From: Acanthaster planci
Taxonomy: Eukaryota
Length of the DNA: 64,000 nucleotides
Direction: 5' to 3'
Assembly (NCBI RefSeq): GCF_001949145.1
Contig: NW_019091356.1
Location: 4,446,934 to 4,510,933, forward strand
Under the pieces are notes generated by a model that saw only the letters and a list, made by a program, of their open reading frames with translations, was not told where the DNA came from and did not search any database. Numbering within the stretch: the first letter of the stretch is position 1; the number at the start of each line of letters is the position of its first letter. Shown piece by piece: positions 52,387 through 64,000 of the stretch. The position numbers and the translations under genes are program-made.

Positions 52387-55300
52387 CCGTTTTCTCTGAC
52401 GGTTCATGTCGTATGAGGCGCTCGGATTTGCTCAGCCCAGCCGGGTGTCGATCAATGGAGAAGAAAGCGTCTCAACTTTATTTTCTCTCCTCTGGTAAAG
52501 ATACAACAACTGACTTGTGATTTCTAATTACGAAGATGGCAGGGGTTTAAAATACACAGGAAGTTTAAACTTTATAATGATGAGGTTTAATCCAGCTTTA
52601 TTCCGATTAATGGCAAGTCTTCTTTCAAGACGTTTCTGTATCACAGCTCGCAGGAAATCGCTGCTTTGTTTCCGCTTACCATGCATGCAGGTGTACCGTG
52701 CTGATCATGGGCGAAACGAAGACAGCAATGGGTGAAGAAAATTACAGATATCTTGTTGCCTTACGAAACCCAATCAACTGGTGTTAAGAAACTTGCAAAG
52801 TGAAACTTGGAAATTGAAATTTTGAAAAACAAAACAAAACAAAAACGAATTGCTTCTCGCAGTCTTGCGTGTGTAAATCAGGGAACCTTGCCCGTCAGCA
52901 GAAAGTGCATTTTGAAAAGGCACTTGTTGCGAAAGCAGAAATTGTAAATCAACTTGCTGCTGTAATTTGCCCGACAAAAAGGCGATGATGCCTAAAGGGG
53001 AAGTATCTGGACTTCAAGTGTAATTATGAAACACCTGCTGAGGGGCCAATTTCATAGAGCTACTTAAGCACGAAAAACCTTACTTGATAAATTAGGTAAC
53101 CAGCCAAAACTACATGTGATGTAAATTGTTTTTTGCTGTTTTTTGGTTAGCATGACAATCAGATAGAGTTTGAGCGGGTAGCCTTTGTTTATTAAGCACA
53201 TTTTTTTTCCTGCAGAATTGAAGGCTTTATCCTGAATAAGGACGCTGTATATCACCTGCTGTTGACTGTCAATCATTCAAAAGACAAGTCACACCATTTT
53301 TCAATCATGTTTTGTAGATTCTCGTTAACGTAAAACATTTGGTCACCTGACACTGTCATGTGAAGATAATAAAATTCAGTGCATTGAAGTTTGATCCTTC
53401 GTGCTCTCTTGTACCCATGTTATATTAGAACAAAATGTGCTACGAGTTCATCAAACGGGAATTGAAACACTAATCAGTAATGGTTTCACACAAGAACTCA
53501 CAAAAGTAACAATTTCCTTGAAAAATTGACTCAGGCTTTTATATGAATTTAGTTGGGAGATTGGAAAAACTTTATCGAATGCTCCAAGCGCACTCTACAC
53601 AGAAGTTTTAGGGTGAAATGCCACACAACGGGGGGCCTTATATTTTAGTCGCCAAGCATTGTTTTGGCACATTGTCAAACCTCAGGAATAATGCGTCATC
53701 GTTTCCCTTTGCTGACAGCAATGTATACTCGTGAATAAATTTCATTGCCTCATTGGACATGGGAAGGGTGTATACTTTTTGGAAGAGACAGCGACACGGT
53801 TCAAAACCAATTCGATAGGCATTTCGGAAAATACCATTCTTATCGGCTTTCAAAGCAAAATTAACTGCCTTTCACAAAAAATAGATGGCAATGAATGCGC
53901 TGCAATGTTTGACTCTAACTCAATCATAATATTATGAGTCGAAGAAATCCGACAATGCTTAAGACTTACATCCGTTCACACTGCTTTGAAGTATTTGGTA
54001 ACAAAAAAGACAAGTTCATCATAAGTGTTTGATTTGCAAACTGAATCAATGTAGCATTATACGACAAAATTCAACCGAACTACGTCATTTTTTCGCATCG
54101 ACCGTCCTCAGTGTATACAGGTACTAACGCGCAGTTGAAAGACATGCTTGTAATCTGTTATGGCCATGGGAAAATGAAAACTGAAACCTCTTTCGCGTCA
54201 TTTCAAAACTGGTGATTCGAAAGCGTTTGAAACATATTCACTTTGAGTGGATGAGTTGAACTTAATTCCCAAATCTGACCACTGATACTACAAATCGGTT
54301 ATGATTCACATTAAAACGAAAAAATGTGTAGATGGTTCAACAACTATGACGAGTAACATTCCAACTCATCCCACAACATAATAGACATCAATGGGTATTC
54401 TGGTTATCAGACTGAAGGAGATTTGAAGTGGCGGTAAGCACACAGAGTCATACAACACAGCTGTCGCCAATATTTGCCTCTTTTGGTAGAGGCCGAATGT
54501 CATTTACTTCGTATTAGTCGCCGTTACGGATGCGCGCCGGTCGTCATAAATTTCTCGTAATCAAAGAGCAGTGCACTGAAACCTATAACATCAGTTGGTC
54601 AACGATGCTGCAGCGTTATTGTTTGAGTTGTCTTACTAGAACCTTTTTGATTTACCAGATTTATTTCAAAAGACAACAGCTGTAAAATACATTTACTAAA
54701 AAAACGCAAAACAAAAATAATACAAAATAAAAAACAGGCCTACAAGAGAAAGAATCATTAACATGCCGAGCCAGTGAGTTAGCAGGTGGAAAAGGTGAAC
54801 CGTAACCTATCAGGAAGGCCACGACAAGAGCCAGTACTGATGCCTCTAACAATAATAATGCATCAACAATTACAAACACAAGGAGAACAATGACAACACG
54901 ACCCCAAATGCATTGATGTGTCATGTATTTGGCAAGTTCGGTTTTCTACGACGCATGCCTAAAATGAAGCTCGTCACATGGGCCTGCATGGGTCGTTCTG
55001 GTACAGCAATAACGCGCGCAGGGTCCGCCTAATTAGCACCTAGGCACATACGCCGACTGGCTTGCATGTTTTCTTCTCGAATGACCTTGCTTTTTTTGAA
55101 ACACCGAGCTGGCTACCTCTTTCAGAACGAACCGCGATTGAAACTCTTCGGCGTCATAATCAGTTATCTTTTATCTTTTGATTGTTTTTTTTTTTATCCA
55201 GGCCAGTGTTAGTTATAGGTCACGCTACAGGGCCGAGTGATGTCAACGAATACTGACTAATACAGGGACCCAACCATCGCATTTTCCGGCTAATGTATGA

Positions 55301-58300
55301 CAGTCGTGAATGAACTTCATTCCTTCGATAAAAGAGACTGGAATCGGAGGCCAGTGTTGCTAGTCTCGTTCTTGTGCAAAAGTACTTCTCCCTCCCCCCC
55401 CAAAAGTAATTACATCAGGAATCATCCCTGGTCTTTTGATCAATGTGTACAAAATTGCGTATACTGTATAGCCAAACTTTAGCCTTTTCGTTAAGTTGCC
55501 TGTATAGGACCTTAGGACCTTCTATAGGACCAGAAACGTTCCTTCGACGGATAATTACGTTATTCCAAATCGTGTACACAGATAATGAAACCTCTAAATT
55601 ACTGTGTTTAATCGTTTCTTTTTCTCGATCTGTCTGTCGTGTGTTGCCATGCGGCTATCAGAATGTGTGTTTTCACGATGAAAAGTTTGTAATTTCTATT
55701 TAAAAGAAGTGGATGGATCATAATGGTCAGCGAGAATTTCTTAAATAAGAAATAACGAGGTAATATCACCCCCAAAATCGCTCAGGTTGCACTGTCAAAT
55801 CAATCGAAATTCATAATCTCCAACACTGGAATATGCCTATATTACTCTCGTTCGTTTCTTACTGGCTGCCCTTAAATGAAATAATCTCTTACATATGTAA
55901 ATTTAAGCCTTTATTTTTATGCGTAGTTTTAAAGAACAAAGCCAAACTGTCCGACATTTAGAGATTTTTCACTGTAGCAGCAATCACACTGACTGTATAC
56001 GGTACACTTGTGGAAATCTTTTGGTTGTGACTAAAAGCGGAAAAAGTCGGGGTCAAGTGTCCTTAAACCAAACCGTCTGCCCACAGATCAGACTCCCCCC
56101 TTCCCTTCAACGTCAGTTTGAGCTTCAACACCCGGTTGGGGTCTACAGTCTTTCCGTCTCGACTTTTATAGTCTGGTTCTGTTGAGCGAGCGGACTTGAA
56201 GATGGTTGGGTCTATCTCTAGGTTTATAACCACCTTCTACGATATCCCTTACTACAAACATGCGAGGCCGTGCTCCGCCAACCTCTTCTGAGCGATGCGC
56301 GGGTAATCATAAAGAAACAAACAGTTTTTCTGTTACAAACGAGGGTGGATGGAGGATTGTCAGAAGGGGGTGGGAACTTGGAGGGCCATAAATTCGAGCG
56401 TTCGGTGCTAAGCCTGAAGTCACGACGTATCGCACTGGATTGAATTTAAAACCATCGTTGTATTAGCTGTTTTGAGGAACACACTTCTTTCCAAAAGAGG
56501 TTGCCAAATTTGTGCGTTAGTTGATGTAATAAATTATCAACATTTAACAACGACCTTATTTCATTTTCAACAATGGCTTGATTTTTTTTCATAAATTTGC
56601 ACGACAAAAAGATTCCCAAACAAGACTATTCGAACTCATAATATAACAAAATCAAGACATTTGAAGGGAGGGACATTTAATTGCTATACAGATGCTTGCC
56701 TGACTCACCGGTAACGATCGGGGAAAAAACATGGGGCCATGACCCCTGTTGACCCCACCCCGGATCCTCAGGCCCTTGGGTGCGTGGAGCGCCCCCGGTG
56801 CACCCCTCTGATCCGCCACCCACGAACCTTCATTTCATATTTTCAACAGTTCATAATAATGCCTTTTGTGAGTACAAGGTTGATAATGTAAGGGGGGGTT
56901 CTCTCAGTGTTTCAAGGATTGCTACCCAAAGTATGGGCAATCAAGATTTCATCTATTCATTACGCGTTCACAAGTACGCATCAGTAATTTCATCACTTCT
57001 TTTTTATCCAACTTCTGCTCTATTGGGTACACTGTCGCCACAATAGATATATCACAGCATTTAGCGAAAAGCAACTACCTCGTATTTCAATACAAAGCCC
57101 ACCCCATGATGTCCACTCTCGACTTCCACGTAATAAGACTCATTTTTATATCAAGTTAAAATATTCTTCGAAATTTGAAGTATATTTGATGGACCCACTG
57201 TCAAAGATGCTGTTCGTTATTAAGTCAACATCGGTATTCCGACATTACGGGCGGACAACATACGCGAAACACAAGAACAAATCACTGACGATATTGGAAA
57301 ATGACAGTGAATTAATTTGCCTATATCGAAGTGCTAGCTTTATCAGCTTGAACTTTGATCTTCACCAACAACCAAAGTAGCCATATCTCATGTTTATTAG
57401 GCTATTGTGTGGATTACGTGTACAGGACCAGCAGAATTTTGGATTCGCTCACGTTCCGCACGAAAATGACTCACTGTCTTGATTCAAATTTTGTCTTTTA
57501 AATTCTAGCACGCTTTTGAACATATGAAATGTAGAATGCAAATGACACAATTCATATAGAAATGTTCTTTTCAATCAATCTTACTTCTTAAGTTTCGTTT
57601 TCCTTTGAATACCATCAGGATAAATGTTTGTTTTCGTTCTTGTTTCAAAGGATGTGGTTGTTTGTTCTATTGACGCAGCTGAACATGCGTCAATGCGTTC
57701 CGATAACGTCCCTCCCCCGGCAGCTTATTCGCGGTGTTGCATGCTCTGTCGCGCTGCATTCAGCTCACCCACATTATCGTGTAGAGTCTCGTCTGCCAGC
57801 TCTGATACCTTTTGTAGCGGAAAGGCTATCCCACATGAACCCCAATTCTGCCGGAGGGGGGGTACAGACCCGGAACCTTAAGACGTGCAAGAAACCTAAG
57901 CAGAGGGCGACGTTCTTATTCCTGACCTTTAAAAAAGAGACGGGCATGCGGGGTAACGTGAGCGTGTCGCTAAATATTTTCATATCTCACCATGGCGTCA
58001 CGACCAAAGAGCGGCACCGAAGTTTCGGACCCTAAACTCATTTGTGAAGTCTACGTAGGGCTAAATTCTACATGTACGTCTTACGGTCTACTGGAATCCG
58101 ATAGACTTCTGTGATGAAGAGAACACGAGGAGAGATATTATAAAACTGGTATTTTTGAGCAACATTGCACTATTTTTTTCTAAAGCACTGTTTCTAAGAA
58201 GCTCGGTATAATTTTTATAGTGGTTTTAGTTTCAAATTCTGTTTCGTTATACAAAGCAAATGTGGAGAGTTCGGAGCCAAAATGACTCACTAAATCTGTA

Positions 58301-59789
58301 GAAATTATGAGAAAATCTGAATAGAAGAACGTTCAATAAACTGAATAAAGCCCTCTACTCTTTCCCTGTGGAACTTTCATACACAAGCTAAAATTACACA
58401 AATTTCGATCTTGCATTTCCCTTACGACAGTGAAAAACAATTTTAAAAATTCAGTCACCCGGACTTGTTAATCGACTTCCTCTTTCCTTGTTAGCTTTTG
58501 AGTTTAGCTTTGCTATCGTCCGGCTAAAAATTACTCAAGATTTTACACGAGTTATGAGTAAGTACTGTGTGAAATCAAATATTTACAGCGTGGGAAAATA
58601 AAAAAAAGAAACCCCACTTGATATACAACGAACAGCAAAACGAACTTTCACGAGTACGCGCATTGGTCATTTTGAAACAGAGAACAAATCTCTAATAGGT
58701 CTATATAAAGATAACAACATATACTTTTCTGTTTACTGAAGTTTGTTGCTTTAGCAAATCATTCTTTCGTTTTACCAAGAAAACAGGAACCCCATAAAGC
58801 CCACGAAGCGCTTTCAATTATGCAGATATATCTTATTAGATGAAGTAAGTCTTGGGTTAGGTTACGACTTACAAAAGTCACACGAGGATGTGTGGAACTA
58901 AGTAGCTTTTATCAGTCCAAGTTGTAAGCATAATCAAACTACCTTTGCATTTGGTTTCGGATGCGTCTTTAATCGTCGAAGTTAACTAACCGTTGATGAT
59001 TAATCGAATGGAAACAGTTTGACAAGACACGGTTTAATTGATTATTCATAACATCGATTCCGGGAAGATAAATTTCGTCATGTGCACTGCCGTGAACAAT
59101 ATTCAAAGTATACTACTACAAGGCTCGTTTCGTTCTGAGAAAAGTTAAAACATGGAACATGGTATGCCGAGTGCTGCATGTTTATTCAAAAGTATATTAC
59201 GAAGGATGTTGGCCTTTTTCGTACGCGATATTTTTGAAGGTTCGTGAGGAAATATGAAATACTCAGCTTTAGGTGATCGAAGTGTGAAATCGGTATCAAA
59301 CCTGACTAACGTTGATAAACAATCGTGCTTGAGGGAATCGATTCAGAAACAACATCCAAGTTGTTAACTCTTCTTCTTCTTTGATCGTCTGCAACAATCT
59401 GAAAATAAGCAGTTTTGTTTTTTTTTTTCTTTCTTAATAGCAAATGAAACAAATAAATTATCCATAGGCCTAATGAATCGGTCAAACTGACATGTTATCT
59501 TAAACTTCTTTTTAAGACTATGACTTTTTCTTCTGAGGGTGATTATCTTCGGTCTCTGGGTTCGGCTTGATCGCCCTGTTTGCTTAAGCCAAAACGGCGT
59601 TCGGTCGTCGGGTAGAAAATAAATGTCAGTTTCGCTTGGTTTTGAGCGAAGACGTAGCGAGGAGCGCGGGACATCGCCAGCATCGAGCCAGCCAAGCTTT
59701 CTGGACTTCAATGATTCACCCGGCCAGTGGGTACCGCTGGGAACCCCGTCAGATATTAATGGCTCACAGGCCCACGACAACACCGTGAA

Positions 59790-60296
59790 CATACATGTAC
59801 ATCCGAACCGTGCACTACACACTGGCTGATAAAATGCAGCCGCTATTGACTGGAATTCATGTCACGTGACGACCAACCGCCATTCATTTCCCCTGCACCC
59901 GAACGAACGAACGAACGTGTGCAGCAGGAGCAGTATATGTTTTTTTCCCCAGATCGCCTACGTGTTTAGAGAGGGAGGCTGGGTAGGGCACAGTTCGCAG
60001 TGCACAGACTTCACACAGCAACGGCCTTGCATGGCAAGTACAGCGTTCGACCACGTACAGTTCTTCTCTGCACAGGCCTAGTCCGACCGTTGGCGCGAGG
60101 AATACAGTCCGTTTTTCGGCCCGTTTGGACGAATCCGGGGAGGAGACCGCCAAATTTAAGGTAAAACAGATTGTCTGTTTCATATACTGCTTGATTTCGT
60201 ATGGGTTCGGTGTAACATGGCTCAGAAGTGGTGTAAATTTAACAACGATCGTGGCCACTTCTGCAGCGGGAGATTCGTGACAAATTCAAGATGGCC
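59790..60296 (+). promoter_or_regulatory. Candidate promoter / non-coding first exon of an unidentified plus-strand gene extending beyond the window
   Basis: CpG-richer region with GTCACGTGAC at 59861-59870, donor AAG|GTAAAA at 60161 and YY1-like AAGATGGCC at 60288-60296. Confidence 0.3.
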
Positions 60297-63200
60297 ACTG
60301 CGCTACAGCTCCCTGCCGCTGGGAGACTTCCTACGCAGGATTCGCTGAAATCGCTGTCATCCGGCCTCGCTTGAGTCTCAAACAAAGAACACGAGACATT
60401 TGTATGATTTGACCAAACGAAATGCAGTGTATGTAAGGCTTGACGAGCTGGTGTGTGGCTCTGCGTAGTTGTTTTTCGGGTGTAAATCTAGTCAATTTAT
60501 CGCACTTGTTTCTACTAGCCGAGGGATGGCTGATAGTGCGTGCACGTAAAAAACAAGACAGGTTACTGATAAACTACTCAGCTGTTGTGAAGCTTCGATC
60601 TCTCCAACATCGGTGTTTCTTGTTACCACGTTCAGAAGAGATTTTTGTCTCTGCTCTTGCGACTTCACACACGATATATGATTTTTCTTCGTTGGAGAAC
60701 AAACTGAGCAATCTCGTTTCTAGCAGCCTCTTTTAAAATGCTAATTTCTCACACCATCGGATATTTTCCCGTATGTAAATGTCGCTTTTACCTCACCCCG
60801 CAAGGTGCCGAATTCAGATTGAAAAATATGGTCAGGTATGTTGCTTACTTAGCAAGGGATTTCTGATGTTCCGTTCAATGCAGCAGCCTCAGTTCAGATT
60901 TTCCGAAGTAAATCTGGGACGTTCTCGATTTCAAAGTTAGCGAAAATCGCGGAGGCCGCGCTGCAGGAAATGTGCGTGGACGCCAATTGGATCGCGCCAC
61001 AGCGGGATAAGCAGTTTCACGGGAATTCCGAAATCAACCCGACTGGAACACAAATGCTGGGGATTGAGCTAATTTTAAATTTCCAGGGAAAAGAAGACGT
61101 TCGGGACTGGTGAACGTCCAGGTAATTCTTCCATTTCTCTGTAATTAGTAAAGACACCGTGACCACCCATGTGGAGATTTGAAACTCTCTTGGCTTATAT
61201 ATTGTGTTCTGAAGTCAGTAATTGGAAGTGTTGTTTGATCCCTGCACCGAGATTCCTTCTGGAATTGTACCATAAATCCCCGCGATTGTTTTCGTTTCGT
61301 TTTGCGTTCTTGATCTATTAAAAATCGACCCAAGCAACACCCGTGGGTTTGGGGATTGAAGACCGATTGATCATGTAACTCAGTCCAGCTTGAAAACGGG
61401 AACGTCGTGTCTTCCCCCGCCCCGGCAGACGGAGTGTTCAGGTGTCTGACTACACCTCAGTAGCAGCAGCCAACTTTAATTATTCATCAGTGGCAGTGGT
61501 ATGATATTTTCTCCTCCCAATCAGACCCGGTAGGCATAAACGTATCGTCGTTTGAATGTACCTTTGGATACTTGTGATCATAACTTTATGATTTACATCG
61601 TGTGTTGGCCAACAGCCAAGAAGTAAGCGAACACCGAGGGTAAAGGGAGCCACTTCACCCACCGAATAGCACCGTAAGTAACGAGTCCTTTCTCTAACGG
61701 AACCGACTGGACACGTTCTTACCATGTTCTTATCGAGCGGCAACAGTTGAGCTCATCAAGAACGGGTGAAGAGGCGCCGATACCGATAAATGGAGGCATG
61801 CTACTCGTAAATTGTGTCGGGTTGTTTTCTTCTTAACACGTCATTTCACTGGATAACGTGCGACGCATTATTTTGTATGTCGTTACGATCTGTTGGAGTT
61901 GCATCCAGAGGTACTGGTAGGCGTTTCATTAAAAGTAAATACGAGCCAGGTTCGACTTAAAATAGACTCGAAAACTGAAATGGAAGACAGTATTAAGGCA
62001 TTACCGACAGCGACAGACGTCATGAAAAACAAAGTAGATAAAAAGAGGACGTGCATTTTGTATTTTGCTTGACATTAAAGGTAAGTAGATTGTCGGGCTT
62101 ACCATTAACTTTGAAGAAAGGAGGAAACCTCACATCGTCAATGATAATTGTTGGCATAAAACTGACGACCACAGCGAGCTATTTTTCTATCTGGTACTAA
62201 TTAAATTCACAAGGCGAGAAATTTTCACTTTGAAGTTCTATTCTTATATACGTCGTCAAGCTGTGACTATATGGATGAATACAAAATGTGCCTTTTCAAA
62301 AATAAGTTATATCCAAAGCACAAAAAAGACGGCAGTGCGCGTGTAAAATACAGGAATCTGGAAATGATTTATTCGAGAATAATGAATACGTCATGAAAAA
62401 CCATCAACGTTTCATGCATAGTAAACGACTCTCAAACGGTTGAGTATGGCGCAGTTTCGTAAGGTTTTTTTTTACAAGACTCCAACAAGGTTTTCATTTC
62501 GCCAAGTCATCCATCTAAAAGCACACGTGATTTAACCATGGATCACTTAGATTAAATCCACCAGACAGCTTCTGTACACCTCCAAATCATGTCTCGCTTT
62601 CGCCCCAGTCTGGCACCCACACACCAGCCTGATTTCAACCTCCTATTGACATCAGGCCACCGCGTGTCTGAGGCCTATCTTGAAGCTGCCATGATCAGTT
62701 TAATCCCGAGCTAACCTCGTGCTGACAACGCATCGAGAAGTGCGTTTCTGCGTTCGATGCTCATTACGAAATGAGGTGAAAGTCCCACACATGTTTTCTT
62801 GGCACTACCATACCAGTCCCAAAGCTGCAAGTTCCGCCACGGAAATCCAATTTGGATGAATGAAATCGTGGAATGATCACATTTACGTGACATTATAAAA
62901 AGAAAAAGAAGACAAACAAAAAGTTTTCAAGCTATATCCATACTGCTTGGTCAAACTATTTTGATAAAAATCAATCCATAAAGTCGAATTGACTTAGCTT
63001 TGTGGACTACAACCTGTATTGAACACACTAAGTCTTATGGTCACAGATTTGCAAACTGACAGCTCCGTTCAAGTATGCTCACAAGCAAATTAACGCGTTC
63101 AACTGTATGACTATTCTGTGGAAACGTTCTTCTTGGAACGTGTACACTCGTTTTGATGATGTCAGTCATTTAATATTATGATTTGCAGTTTCCATGGTAG

Positions 63201-64000
63201 CGTCGAACAAGGCAAATGCCGCCAAGTGTACTTTCGAGACGTTTCGTTCCACGGATTTCCTTTTCCTTATCATTATAAACATTTTCAAGGAGAAGTTGGT
63301 TTCTCTTTAGTTTAAAGCTGCCGCATATCATTAACATTTACGAAGACAATATATCAACACCGCATTGTCAAAACAGATATACACGAACACCATAAAATAC
63401 AGTGGCAGGCAAATGGCAAACAAAGCACAGTGACAGCCTCTTCTAGAATCAATTAAGGAGAGAATTTGTCTATCTTCCCATAAAAAAGACTGGTCACGCT
63501 ATTTCCCCTACTTTGCTACGCACAGGTTGCAAAGTTTATACATTTGGTAAGGGTGCTGACGATCGCATGAAAATTGGTGATTGTTGCAAAACGAACATAA
63601 CAAATTACCGCATGAATACATAGTTGTCACGTGCTAATAACATCACACATTGTAGGACTACTTTAACGTTTGCTCAGTGTTGGTCGATCCACAGAGAGAT
63701 GCGAGACGACATAGCCTTCTGGTACGTACGATCAGCAGACAGGCGTCTTTGACGTCATTGCGATATTCTTGATGTCATACTGCAACTTCCTTTGATTTCT
63801 TAGAATGGATAGAAAGCAAAATAAACATTAAAATCCAACGAACGCGACGGGTTAAAAATGTATTGACGTAGGCGTAAACGGCCATAAATAGCGGCTAATT
63901 GCATTATTTTGGGGAGCTGTCCAGGATGTGGTGTCCTCTTGTTCACAGTCCAAGGTTATCAACAATGAAAATGACCATTAACTTTACACTCGACAAGCAC

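Noticed and set aside
46100..64000. Numerous short ORFs (60-150 aa)
   Set aside because: No recognisable domains, coding-like composition or consistent exon chains. Treated as intronic or intergenic.

Overview
Intron-containing animal (invertebrate-type) genomic DNA with two assembly gaps (17-600 and 32276-32939). The left half is a tandem lipoxygenase (LOX) locus on the + strand with an unusual architecture. LOX gene 1 has four separate ATG-initiated exons (5369-5956, 8445-8951, 10238-10723, 12055-12645). Each encodes a complete PLAT/LH2 membrane- and Ca2+-binding domain and ends at the equivalent phase-0 CAG|GT donor. All four lie upstream of one shared set of 11 catalytic exons (14151-18889). 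This resembles the variable-first-exon/constant-region design of clustered protocadherins or UGT1A, applied to a lipoxygenase. One cassette carries a single in-frame TAG. A second complete LOX paralog with one PLAT exon follows (23291-30384). Both paralogs have Gly at the Coffa-Brash site, which predicts R-LOX activity. Downstream on the - strand are an alpha-tubulin gene (its 3' part falls in the gap) and a BMI1/Psc-type Polycomb RING finger gene with a long low-complexity tail. Several MITEs with target-site duplications, a SINE, LINE fragments and tandem repeats are also present. About 46-64 kb has no recognisable coding sequence but contains three similar promoter-like modules. Exon structures were derived by eye from splice signals and homology; no transcript evidence is available.
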